The notes under the pieces are model-generated. The model was given only the letters and a program-made list of their open reading frames with translations. It had not been told where the DNA came from and searched no databases. This document shows positions 31,381-40,437 of a stretch of DNA of 64,000 bases, in pieces. The stretch's first letter is position 1. Each line of letters starts with the position of its first letter. Source of the DNA: Flavobacteriales bacterium DA487 (GTDB lineage Bacteria; Bacteroidota; Bacteroidia; Flavobacteriales_D; Sanyastnellaceae); the NCBI GenBank assembly GCA_049334165.1, contig JBEGHD010000004.1; one strand, given 5' to 3'. The position numbers and the translations under genes were made by a program.

Positions 31381-31415
31381 CTTTTCAAAATTCTGCTTCA
31401 AGTTAATAATCATAA

Positions 31416-31439
31416 GGGACCCACCGTATTGTGGGTCCC
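31416..31439. other. perfect 9-bp stem hairpin between SPFH gene and rtcB
   Basis: GGGACCCAC-cgtatt-GTGGGTCCC. Confidence 0.6.
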
Positions 31440-31448
31440 ATTCATCCA

Positions 31449-32552
31449 TCATTTATCAGGGGCGAAGATGCCCTTCAATTGACTGAGAATTTGACCGTTG
31501 CCGGACAAAGTGATCTCGCCAACTTTTTCAGCGATTTTCTCGACATACTCCATCTCTTTCAATTTCAATAGCATGTCATTTTCTTCCATCAATTTTGCTG
31601 TGTTCAACAGGCTTCTTGTGGAAGCAGTTTCCTCTCTACGCGTAATCACGTTTGCCTGAGCTTTCTTTTGTGCGATCAGCACCTGGTTCATAATTTCTTT
31701 CATTTCACCAGGCAAAATCACATCACGCACACCGCAACTGCAGACCTCGACACCGAGCTTCTCGGAAGACTCTTTCAGCGTTTCCATCACGAATTCTGAA
31801 ATGCCCTCTTTATTCTCGAGCAGGTTATCCAAAGTCAACTTACCGATGTATTCACGCAGGGCAAACTGCATCAGGATGTAGAGCTGCTTTTCGTATTCCT
31901 TATTGTCGATCACTGCCTTGCTCACATCTACCACTCGATATTGCGTGAAGAAGTTAATTCGCAAAGCTGCCTTGTCTTTAGTCAGTATTTCCTGACCAGA
32001 CACTTCCAGTTGTTGCTGACGCAGGTCAACAGTCTCAACCGAAACGGCTTGATTTGTCTTCCAGAAGTAGTATGAACCTGGCTCCAGGATCTCGCGGATC
32101 TTGTTATCGATGATAAGCACACCTTGTTCGTAGCTTTTCACGCCAAAAGACTGGATGTACAAGTGCAGTTCACTTTGACGTGCGAGCGTTTTTACGTCCA
32201 CCTCTTCAGTCACCTCTGGCTTGGAGAGGTCAATCGTCACGTAGGTGAACTTTTTGTAATCTTTCCAGAATGCATATTCACCCGCGGTGAGAACTCTGTT
32301 GAAATTGCCGCTTTCGTATTGAATAACAATTTCGTTATCCGCAACTTCTATCACGTCAAGATTCTCTCTCAACTCTTCGTACTCCAGAAGAATTGACAAA
32401 TCGATGCTTGGCACAAATCGCTTTGACAATTCGCAAACTACCAGATCATCGAAGAGACCGAGACGATGGTAGCCTCTTTTGATCACTTTTTTCAATTCAT
32501 CTTTACGAAATACCAAACCGATCTGACCGGCTTTAATTCTCACCTTTTTCAT
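31449..32552 (-). CDS. SPFH/band-7 (slipin-like) domain protein
   Basis: C-terminal half looks like an SPFH coiled-coil region. No obvious N-terminal TM. Co-oriented with and immediately upstream of rtcB. Confidence 0.6.
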   Translation of the reverse strand: MKKVRIKAGQIGLVFRKDELKKVIKRGYHRLGLFDDLVVCELSKRFVPSIDLSILLEYEELRENLDVIEVADNEIVIQYESGNFNRVLTAGEYAFWKDYKKFTYVTIDLSKPEVTEEVDVKTLARQSELHLYIQSFGVKSYEQGVLIIDNKIREILEPGSYYFWKTNQAVSVETVDLRQQQLEVSGQEILTKDKAALRINFFTQYRVVDVSKAVIDNKEYEKQLYILMQFALREYIGKLTLDNLLENKEGISEFVMETLKESSEKLGVEVCSCGVRDVILPGEMKEIMNQVLIAQKKAQANVITRREETASTRSLLNTAKLMEENDMLLKLKEMEYVEKIAEKVGEITLSGNGQILSQLKGIFAPDK

Positions 32553-32910
32553 AGCGTGTTTATTTATGGTTTATAACTTCATTTTCATTTAATAGAAAGC
32601 AGAGACATCGGATCACCCGGAAAACGCGGAGGCTTGTGTGCTCGTCATCAGAAACCATTAGTTTTTGTCAAGGGGTTTTTACAGTCCGAAACTCATTCTA
32701 ATTTGAACTTCTTCTCCGTAAGAACCGGCTCTTCAAAAAGTAATGGGATCTTCAAAAGAACATCCTCAAACCTGCTGAGCTATCTCCAGGTTGCTGATTT
32801 CAGTCGAGACTTTAATCAACCGACCCGATGTCTGCTGCTTTCAGTGGTGTCATTTTTAGAAGTTGACGTCTTCTTTGAGTTGTGTTAATAGATTTACAGT
32901 CTATTAAAAT

Positions 32911-32998
32911 CCACCTTTTGGATTGGTGTTGCTCTACCCACTGAGCTATTCCTGTCAAAGGAAGAGGGATTCGAACCCCCGACTCACAGTTTGGACAA
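32911..32998 (-). pseudogene. two adjacent tRNA-derived half-molecules in permuted order (3' half then 5' half), not a canonical tRNA
   Basis: Read on the minus strand, 32998-32956 is TTGTCCAAA-CTGTG-AGTC-GGGGG-TTCGAAT-CCCTC-TTCCTTT-G, which has an anticodon-loop remnant, a perfect T-arm and an acceptor 3' strand. Then 32955-32911 is ACAGGAA-TA-GCTC-AGTGGGTA-GAGC-AA-CACCA-ATCCAAA-AGGTG-G, which has an acceptor 5' strand, a canonical D-arm and an anticodon arm with CCA in the loop. A third D-arm-like piece, GGAGATAGCTCAGCAGG, lies at about 32770-32790. Confidence 0.5.
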
Positions 32999-33267
32999 TT
33001 TTGAAGCATACCGTTACCGGCACTGCGGAGCTATACAGAAACTCACGCCAGGTCTCATGTCCCACTTCCCTTTTGGGGAAGACCTTTAGTGCTGAAAGCA
33101 CAATGTTTTATCTGATTAAAAGAACTTTCTTTGTGGTCTTGAAACTTCCCCTTTGCTCCTATTCTTTACATCCCTTTGTTTCAATCACGAAGCAAATCTC
33201 AACAGGTAGTGCGCAATCTTTTTGCGTAGTAAAAATTAATTTCATTTTTTCATGAAAATTTTCTGCT

Positions 33268-34992
33268 ATGCCTGTCAACCGCAATGCCTTAATCAGATAC
33301 AAAACCATTGATAACTGCCTGAGAAACAGGTTCAGGAAGTGGACTTTGGAAGATTTAATTGATGCGTGTTCTGATGCGCTTTATGAATATGAAGGAATTG
33401 ATAAGGGCGTGAGCCGAAGAACTGTGCAGATGGATATCCAGATGATGCGCAGCGAAAAACTGGGATACAATACTCCGATCATAGTCATTGACAAAAAGTT
33501 CTACACCTATAAAGACGAGGACTACTCCATCACCAATATTCCACTTACCAATCAGGATCTAGGAAAGCTCACAGAAGTTGTAGACATCCTAAAGCAGTTT
33601 AAAGGGTTTACTCACTTTCGGGAACTAAGTGGAATGGTTCAAAAGCTTGAAGACAAGGTCCACGTTTCAAGGACAAACGAGCGACCAGTGATCGACCTGG
33701 AGAAAAATGAAGGACTGGTAGGTCTTGAGCACATAGATCCAATTTATAACGCAATCATCAAAAAGAAGACGCTTCGGATTTCTTACCAATCTTTTCGCGC
33801 AAGAACTCCGCGAACTTTCAAGTTTCACCCGGCACTTTTGAAAGAGTATCGCAATCGGTGGTTCGTACTCGGAAAAGAAAAGGAAAGTGCCCCCTATACA
33901 CTTCTCGCACTAGATAGAATTCAGGAATTGAGCGAGCTTCAGGAAGAAGTAATGGATTTCCACATCAGTAATATTTCTGACTTCTTCAAAGATGTGGTTG
34001 GGGTAACTGTAAATGAAGGCCAGGAAGCTCAAGAAGTAAAATTACTAATTAGTCATGCAAATGCTCCGTATGTATTAACAAAGCCTATTCACTCCAGTCA
34101 GCAGTTGATCGAAAGAAATGACCAGGGCGTCATTATTTCCATTCATGTGAAAACGAACTTCGAGTTGGTGAGAGAGATATTAGGTTTCGGAGACTACATT
34201 AAAGTAATTTCACCTCTCAGGTTAAAGCGTTTGATCAGGGATAAACTTGTAAACGCTTTGGACCTATATGACACAGAACTGAACTATAAACAGCTTAAGA
34301 GTCTGGACAAGAAGCTAAATGCAAGAGGCTATCAAGTAATAAATCATATCTACACAAGAAAGGAAGTGGCACAAATGGCCAAAATATTAAGGGGCTATGA
34401 AGAGAGTATGGATATGAATAAACAATCGACCTATGCTATAAGGTCCCTCATGAAGAAAATACCTGACCTCTATAAAGTTTGTGTTAACGAAAACCTGAAG
34501 AGAGTTATAAAAAAACTCGACTCAAAGCTTGAGTTAACAAAAGCCATCTATTTCAACAAAGCTCCTCAATCAAATTGGTATGTTACATGGCATCAGGATG
34601 CCACAATCAATGTGAAAGAAAAGAACCACAAAGATGGATTCTCAGGTTGGACCAAAAAAGACACACATTACGGAGTGCGCCCTCCTTTCGAAATTCTCGA
34701 CAAAACTATTAGCGTTAGAATACATCTGGATCAAACCACTGAGAAAAATGGTGCACTAAAAGTACTCCCGGGCTCTCACAAAAAGATTCTGACGAACTCT
34801 GAAGTGACTTTGATAACGGAAAACAGTGAGGCCCAAATTTGCGAAGTTCAACCAGGTGGGGTTCAGTTTATGAAGCCTCTCCTTCTCCACTCTTCCTCGA
34901 AATCTTGGTCACACAAAAACCGCAGAGTGATTCACCTTGAATTCAACCCTCTCGAATTGCCTGAAGGAATGGAATGGGCTGAGAGAATTTAA
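33268..34992 (+). CDS. fusion protein: HTH-WYL-WCX transcriptional regulator fused to a C-terminal phytanoyl-CoA-dioxygenase (PhyH) family Fe(II)/2OG oxygenase domain
   Basis: The N-terminal 330 aa carries a DeoR/HTH_11-like HTH, a WYL-like core (YRNRWFVLG) and a C-terminal extension. The C-terminal 240 aa carries PhyH hallmarks: FNKAPQSNWYVTWHQDATI (HxD) and GALKVLPGSHK. Confidence 0.6.
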   Translation: MPVNRNALIRYKTIDNCLRNRFRKWTLEDLIDACSDALYEYEGIDKGVSRRTVQMDIQMMRSEKLGYNTPIIVIDKKFYTYKDEDYSITNIPLTNQDLGKLTEVVDILKQFKGFTHFRELSGMVQKLEDKVHVSRTNERPVIDLEKNEGLVGLEHIDPIYNAIIKKKTLRISYQSFRARTPRTFKFHPALLKEYRNRWFVLGKEKESAPYTLLALDRIQELSELQEEVMDFHISNISDFFKDVVGVTVNEGQEAQEVKLLISHANAPYVLTKPIHSSQQLIERNDQGVIISIHVKTNFELVREILGFGDYIKVISPLRLKRLIRDKLVNALDLYDTELNYKQLKSLDKKLNARGYQVINHIYTRKEVAQMAKILRGYEESMDMNKQSTYAIRSLMKKIPDLYKVCVNENLKRVIKKLDSKLELTKAIYFNKAPQSNWYVTWHQDATINVKEKNHKDGFSGWTKKDTHYGVRPPFEILDKTISVRIHLDQTTEKNGALKVLPGSHKKILTNSEVTLITENSEAQICEVQPGGVQFMKPLLLHSSSKSWSHKNRRVIHLEFNPLELPEGMEWAERI

Positions 34993-35247
34993 TACAGTAT
35001 TGAAAAGTACGGACCTGACACATTAACAGTCAAACACATCGAGACTGACTCATTTACACTTTTGCTCATTCAGGTTATTTAAATCGCTAAGAGTGCTGAC
35101 TGCCCTGGGATTCAGTTGAGTGGATTTAGCTGAAATTTAAAATTTTACCTTTGCAAAAAATTGATTTGTCAGGTTTTGCCGCATTTTTGGCCCACGGTAC
35201 AATCATTGATCCCTGGTGAATCAGCAAATAACAAAAAGCAATTTTTT

Positions 35248-35676
35248 ATGAGTCAAGTAAAAGAAAACGACACTGTAAAGGTGCATTACACCGGAAAGCT
35301 TTCAAACGGGGAGGTTTTTGACAGCTCTGTAGATCGTGAACCACTAGAGTTCACTCTCGGTCAGGGACAAATCATCCCAGGGTTCGAAAAAGAACTGATC
35401 GACATGAAAGTGAATGAAAAGAAAACTTTTGAGATCAGCTCTGATGATGCTTACGGAGATGTAAGAAAAGAACTGATTCAGGAAGTGCCTAAAGACAATC
35501 TTCCGCCAGACATTAAGCCTGAAGTAGGAATGGGTCTTGTTTCGAAAACTCCTGAAGGACAGGAAATGCGCCTTACAGTACAAGAGGTAAAAGACGATGC
35601 TATCGTTGTGGATGCCAATCACCCATTGGCTGGAAAAGACCTCGTTTTCGATATCGAAGTTTTGGAAATTAAGTAA
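35248..35676 (+). CDS. FKBP-type peptidyl-prolyl cis-trans isomerase (SlyD-like)
   Basis: VKVHYTGKLSNGEVFDSS...PLEFTLGQGQIIPGFE FKBP core with an insert-in-flap region. Confidence 0.8.
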   Translation: MSQVKENDTVKVHYTGKLSNGEVFDSSVDREPLEFTLGQGQIIPGFEKELIDMKVNEKKTFEISSDDAYGDVRKELIQEVPKDNLPPDIKPEVGMGLVSKTPEGQEMRLTVQEVKDDAIVVDANHPLAGKDLVFDIEVLEIK

Positions 35677-35695
35677 GCAGACAACTGCATTAACA

Positions 35696-35732
35696 TAAAA
35701 AAGCCTGATGGAAATTCCATCAGGCTTTTTTT
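35696..35732. terminator. bidirectional terminator between FKBP gene and mazG
   Basis: AGCCTGATGGAA-at-TTCCATCAGGCT flanked by A6 and T7. Confidence 0.7.
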
Positions 35733-35753
35733 GTAGGTCATTATCATAGGAGC

Positions 35754-36515
35754 TTAAATTGACTTAGCTGCTTCCCAGTATTTGTCCATTTCTTCGAGGG
35801 ACATCTCCCCCATTTTTTTGCCGTCTTTGGCAGATTGTTCCTCGAGATACTGAAATCTGGAAATGAATTTTTTATTGGTTCGCTCCAGCGCATCGTCTGG
35901 ATTGATGCCTTTGAACCTGGCAAAGTTGATCAAGCTGAATAAAACATCGCCAAACTCCTCCTCCATTTTCTCCGACCCTTTGTCTGCCTCTTCTTTAAAC
36001 TCATTGAGCTCTTCCACCACTTTCTCCCAAACCTGGCTGTCTTTTTCCCAATCGAAGCCTACTCCCCTGGCCTTGTCCTGAATGCGGCTTGCTTTAACAA
36101 GAGACGGAAGCGAGTTAGGAACTCCTTCCAGAACAGATTTCTTTCCCTCTTTAAGCTTGAGCTTTTCCCAATTGGCTTTCACCGTTTCTTCATCATCGGC
36201 TTTCACATCCCCATAAATATGAGGGTGACGAGAAATCAGCTTGTCGCAAATGGCGTTGAGTGAGTCGGCAATATTGAAATCATTTGTTTCAGAGGCGATT
36301 TTCGAGTAAAAAACCATGTGAAGCAAGATATCACCAATTTCCTTCTTGATCTCTTCCATATCCTTTTCAAGGATGGCATCGGTCAGTTCGTAAACTTCCT
36401 CGATGGTGAGATGCCGCAGGCTGTCCATGGTTTGCTTTCGGTCCCAGGGGCATTTCTCCCGCAGGTCGTCCATGATGTTTAGCAGTCGCTCAAAAGCTTT
36501 CAGTTTCTCGTCCAT
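35754..36515 (-). CDS. mazG: nucleoside triphosphate pyrophosphohydrolase MazG
   Basis: LREKCPWDRKQT...EEVYE and a second EEFGD EExxE motif. Tandem MazG domains. Confidence 0.85.
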   Translation of the reverse strand: MDEKLKAFERLLNIMDDLREKCPWDRKQTMDSLRHLTIEEVYELTDAILEKDMEEIKKEIGDILLHMVFYSKIASETNDFNIADSLNAICDKLISRHPHIYGDVKADDEETVKANWEKLKLKEGKKSVLEGVPNSLPSLVKASRIQDKARGVGFDWEKDSQVWEKVVEELNEFKEEADKGSEKMEEEFGDVLFSLINFARFKGINPDDALERTNKKFISRFQYLEEQSAKDGKKMGEMSLEEMDKYWEAAKSI

Positions 36516-36594
36516 GATCTCAAATTTTTGTCAAAGATAAAGTTTGCACAAGAGACTCTGCCAACTAAACGGATTAGACTAATATCTTTGAGCC

Positions 36595-37701
36595 ATGATT
36601 AGCTGGATGTCCAAACTCTCTTTTCTACTCTTGGGACTGTTACTGGGAATGTCGCTTTTTGGGCAGACAGATAGCAATCAGAAAGTGACCTCGAAACTTT
36701 CATTGAGTGCCGCCCCTCAAGGTGGTTTTGTGATTGCTCACCGAGATCAAATGCGGCACCTTATTCAGGGACACACATCCGGGATCACACTTTCAATCGA
36801 GAAAGAACTCAACGGGTCAAAGTCATGGCACCAGCCTTATCGGTACCCGACTCTCGGTTTTGAATTGTTTGCCGCAAATCTTGGCAACCCCACCCAGATG
36901 GGAAATGCCTATAGCGGCATGAGCTACATCTTGCTGCCACTTAATAAATCTGAAAAATTTAGAATCTACATTAAGCCAGGTATTGGAATCGGTTACGTGA
37001 CAAAAATCTACGACCCTGAAACCAACTCGAAGAACTTCGCCATCGGATCGAAGATAAACGGTGCTGTGATGCTTGAGTCCGGATGTGAAATCGTGCTATC
37101 CAACCGACTCAAGATATTTCCGGGCATTAGGTTGACACATTTTTCGAATGCGGCTTATCAAAAGCCCAACCTAGGCTACAATGTCCCTTCAGTTTTTGTG
37201 GGCGTGAAATGGACCGCTCGCGAAGGAAACAGAATTGAAACCGACTCTGACCCGACAGAGCCTTCCCCTTACCTCCTATCGGTTTATGGAGGCTTTGGAG
37301 TGAAGGAAAACTTCCCGCCAAAAAGTGGAAAGCGTATGACCTATACTCTGAGTAGCATGATCGAAAAGAGAATCTCTTTAAAAAGCTCGTTGGCCGTGGG
37401 GCTCGATGCATTTTACAACGGAGGTATCGAAGATCCCGATGCAGAGTTGAATCAGCCAACACCGTCAAGCAAGAAAATACTCGTTGGAGCTTTTGGAGGT
37501 TATGCTTTTCACCTCCACAGATTTAGGATTCTTTTGCAAGCCGGGCTCTACATTCATGACGAATACAAAAGAAACGGCATTCTCTACAATCGGTTTGGCT
37601 TGCGATACAAGATCACAGAAAGACTCGAAGCTGGATTGCATTTAAAAACTCATATAACAGTTGCCGATCATTTTGAGCTGGGGCTCGGTTACAGATTTTA
37701 A
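36595..37701 (+). CDS. outer-membrane beta-barrel protein, possibly acyloxyacyl-hydrolase/PagL-like
   Basis: Signal peptide, alternating beta-strand pattern, THFSNAAY His-x-Ser-Asn resembling the PagL catalytic motif, C-terminal F. Confidence 0.4.
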   Translation: MISWMSKLSFLLLGLLLGMSLFGQTDSNQKVTSKLSLSAAPQGGFVIAHRDQMRHLIQGHTSGITLSIEKELNGSKSWHQPYRYPTLGFELFAANLGNPTQMGNAYSGMSYILLPLNKSEKFRIYIKPGIGIGYVTKIYDPETNSKNFAIGSKINGAVMLESGCEIVLSNRLKIFPGIRLTHFSNAAYQKPNLGYNVPSVFVGVKWTAREGNRIETDSDPTEPSPYLLSVYGGFGVKENFPPKSGKRMTYTLSSMIEKRISLKSSLAVGLDAFYNGGIEDPDAELNQPTPSSKKILVGAFGGYAFHLHRFRILLQAGLYIHDEYKRNGILYNRFGLRYKITERLEAGLHLKTHITVADHFELGLGYRF

Positions 37702-37704
37702 CAA

Positions 37705-38442
37705 ATGAAGCAAAGTGTTTTTTTCATAGCGATGATTCTGCTAACTGCTAGCTGCAATAAGCCCGATGCACCAGACTGCTTTACACGTGCAGGTGACGTT
37801 GCCCAAGAAACGCGAACCCTGGAAAATTTCACCAGAATCGACCTCCACGATCTCATTGAGCTTACCATTGTTGAAGATACCAGTGCGACTTTTGCCATTG
37901 TAACAGCCAATGAAAACCTTCTCGATAAAATTGTGACGGACGTAGAAGCAAACGTTCTCACTATTGATAATGAAAATACCTGCCGGTTTGTGAGGAGCTT
38001 TAAAAACAAGGTGTCCATAGAGCTACACACTTCAGATCTCAGTGCTCTCATCAACTACGGCCAGGGAAAAATTCAATCGACCAACCAACTTAAAACGGAT
38101 GTCTTCTTTTACGAGCAGAACCACGGGGTTGGCGATGTGGACCTCTCGCTTGAGGCGGATTCGGTGAGTGTGATTTGTCACACCGGAATTGGAAACATAA
38201 AGTTGACAGGTACAACGCAAAAAGTGGGTTTGTTCAATGGTGGATATGGTGTGATAGACGCCAGGTACCTCCAGTCTGAGCAGGCTTTTGTAAACAACTC
38301 CTCGGTCAATGACATTTATGTAAACTTTTCGGAATACCTCTTTGCCTCAATCAGTTTAGATGGAAACATCTACTATTCAGGCCCATCTGCTAATGTGGAG
38401 CCAATCATTCAGGGAAGCGGTGAACTTATCCCTCTCGATTAG
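37705..38442 (+). CDS. DUF2807/GIN-domain lipoprotein (putative adhesin-like beta-helix)
   Basis: Signal peptide plus ASC lipobox and a repetitive beta-helix-like sequence. Confidence 0.55.
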   Translation: MKQSVFFIAMILLTASCNKPDAPDCFTRAGDVAQETRTLENFTRIDLHDLIELTIVEDTSATFAIVTANENLLDKIVTDVEANVLTIDNENTCRFVRSFKNKVSIELHTSDLSALINYGQGKIQSTNQLKTDVFFYEQNHGVGDVDLSLEADSVSVICHTGIGNIKLTGTTQKVGLFNGGYGVIDARYLQSEQAFVNNSSVNDIYVNFSEYLFASISLDGNIYYSGPSANVEPIIQGSGELIPLD

Positions 38443-38490
38443 ATTTTAACCGAAAGAAGGTATTAAATTTGCAATCAGAAAGGACAGATT

Positions 38491-38697
38491 ATGAAGTTAG
38501 TATTGCTCACCATAGGATTATTACTTTTAGCTTTTGCTGGAATTGCAATCAAAATTCTTGTGAAGAAGGACGGTAAGTTTGCCGGCACTTGCGCCAGCAA
38601 CAACCCGATGCTTCAAGAAGAAGGAGCCTCTTGCTCAGTGTGTGGAGCGCGTCCCGAAGAAAAGTGTCAGGGTGATAAGGATACAGCTGCGGCCTAG
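38491..38697 (+). CDS. small Cys-rich membrane protein, NqrM-like ((Na+)-NQR maturation factor)
   Basis: 68 aa with one TM, then CASNNP...CSVC...C. Immediately adjacent to apbE as in nqr loci. Confidence 0.45.
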   Translation: MKLVLLTIGLLLLAFAGIAIKILVKKDGKFAGTCASNNPMLQEEGASCSVCGARPEEKCQGDKDTAAA

Positions 38698-38700
38698 TTC

Positions 38701-39804
38701 CTACTCTATTTTTTGGATCACTTTTTCCATTCCCTTGCTGGCGAAAGTCTCCCAGTTGCCGTCCTGGTCGTAGATCAGAAATACCTCCAGGTCTAACCCT
38801 GGATTCGCTCTCAAGAAGTCTTTCGTCTTTTCAACTCCCATAACCATAAACGCTGTTGCATAGGCATCTGCAGTCATGCATGAGGGTGTCATCACTGTTG
38901 CGCTTAGCAATGAGTGTTGAACAGGCCAACCGGTTTTAGGATCGATAGTGTGAGAGTACTTTATCCCATCTTTTTCATAAAACTTCCGATAGCTTCCAGA
39001 AGTGGCGATTGAAGTATTGTGCAATTCTACAATGGCTTCGAGTTCTCTTTTCTCAGCATTTTCAATAGGTTTATCGATACCGATGCGCCAAAGAGAGCTA
39101 TCTGGTTTAATGCCTCTACAGGTAACCTCACCGCCAATCTCAACCATGAAATTTTCGATGCCGTCCATAAAGAGATAATCGGCAATCACATCTACCGAAT
39201 ATCCCTGAGCGATGGCGTTGAAGTCGATCTTTGTTGTAGGAACCCCTTTTCTAATCCAGGTAACTTTGTAGAGATGCTCCTTCTCCACTTCTATCATTTC
39301 GATGTGGCTCGGAGTAAACCCGGTAAACTCCATAATTGAGTCCACCTTCTCCTGGGTCATTTCCTGTCTGTTTTCTAGTCCAAACCCATAGGCTTGCACC
39401 AGAGGATAAACTGAAGGGTCGAAAGCACCATCAGTTTTTCTCCAAATCTCGCGGGCCACTTCGAACACCACGCTCATAAACTTCGTGGAGTCGTAAAAAG
39501 CGAAAACAGTGTCTGTTCTTGTGAAGTCGTTGATTTGATTGATCAGCGAGCCTTCGCGGTAGGTCGACATGCCTTTGTCGAACTCCAATAGAATAGAGTC
39601 AATTTCGGACTTGTAATCTTTATCAGTGCCCCAGTAGGAAACTGAGTATGTGGTTCCTTGAGCCTCCCCGTTGAGCGTAGTGATCTCGCTTTCTACTTCG
39701 CTTTGATTTCCCGATGACTTTCCTCCATCGCCACAGCTAGATACTAGTATTGCGAATACAGCAAGTGCAGAATAAACAAATGAAAACTTTATTCTCCGAT
39801 TCAT
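38701..39804 (-). CDS. apbE: FAD:protein FMN transferase ApbE (lipoprotein)
   Basis: Lipobox SSCG. ApbE motifs (IAQGYSVD, ATSGSYRKF). ATG at 39804 preferred. Confidence 0.8.
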   Translation of the reverse strand: MNRRIKFSFVYSALAVFAILVSSCGDGGKSSGNQSEVESEITTLNGEAQGTTYSVSYWGTDKDYKSEIDSILLEFDKGMSTYREGSLINQINDFTRTDTVFAFYDSTKFMSVVFEVAREIWRKTDGAFDPSVYPLVQAYGFGLENRQEMTQEKVDSIMEFTGFTPSHIEMIEVEKEHLYKVTWIRKGVPTTKIDFNAIAQGYSVDVIADYLFMDGIENFMVEIGGEVTCRGIKPDSSLWRIGIDKPIENAEKRELEAIVELHNTSIATSGSYRKFYEKDGIKYSHTIDPKTGWPVQHSLLSATVMTPSCMTADAYATAFMVMGVEKTKDFLRANPGLDLEVFLIYDQDGNWETFASKGMEKVIQKIE

Positions 39805-39925
39805 ACCATTCGAGTTTATCGATCGATGCAAATGTCGCATAATTGTTGCCGGACATTCAAATCGTAGATAAACATTTTAAAAAATTACTAACCTCAAAAA
39901 TACTGGAGATACCTTTAGTTTTATT

Positions 39926-40363
39926 TCAAATGGCCATTGCGAACAAGTAACCGAAAATATTCAGTGTTAACCCTACGATCGTTACGATTCCCATATATTG
40001 AAACATTGCCTTCAAGTTAGAGAAAGACTCATCCATTTCATGTTGATCGATTCGTCTAATTGCTATCAATGCTTTACTGGAAAACCTGAAAAGAAAGAAT
40101 ACAGGAAAGAAATATACCGCAGCCAGAACCAGGTAAATAATAGTGAATACAAGACCACCTAATTGGTTGATTCCAAAACCACGTCCTATCGCAGAAAAGC
40201 TATTTCCAACCCAAAATGCTAAGAAAACCATCAGAGCAACACCTATAAATCCGACAATCGACAGAAACTTTGCCCATTTGGCTGCTGATTGCAAGTAATC
40301 GAGTGTGTAGCTTGTGAGACCAATTTCTGTGTTGAACTTAGAGTCGAGAGTAGAATCTTCCAT
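39926..40363 (-). CDS. membrane protein (hypothetical, 4 TM)
   Basis: 145-aa hydrophobic ORF. Confidence 0.4.
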   Translation of the reverse strand: MEDSTLDSKFNTEIGLTSYTLDYLQSAAKWAKFLSIVGFIGVALMVFLAFWVGNSFSAIGRGFGINQLGGLVFTIIYLVLAAVYFFPVFFLFRFSSKALIAIRRIDQHEMDESFSNLKAMFQYMGIVTIVGLTLNIFGYLFAMAI

Positions 40364-40437
40364 AGATAAATTTGTTAAGGATTAAATTTTTAGGAAGCCC
40401 AAAATAGAAATAATCTGATAAGACAAACACTTTTAAC

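Noticed and set aside
32600-33260. tmRNA (ssrA), including two-piece permuted tmRNA, as an explanation for the tRNA-like pieces
   Set aside because: There is no GGGG...CCCC-ACCA alanine-type acceptor, no G3-U70, and no tag-peptide reading frame ending ...ALAA-stop. The 5' piece carries a full tRNA-style D-arm and anticodon arm, which tmRNA lacks.
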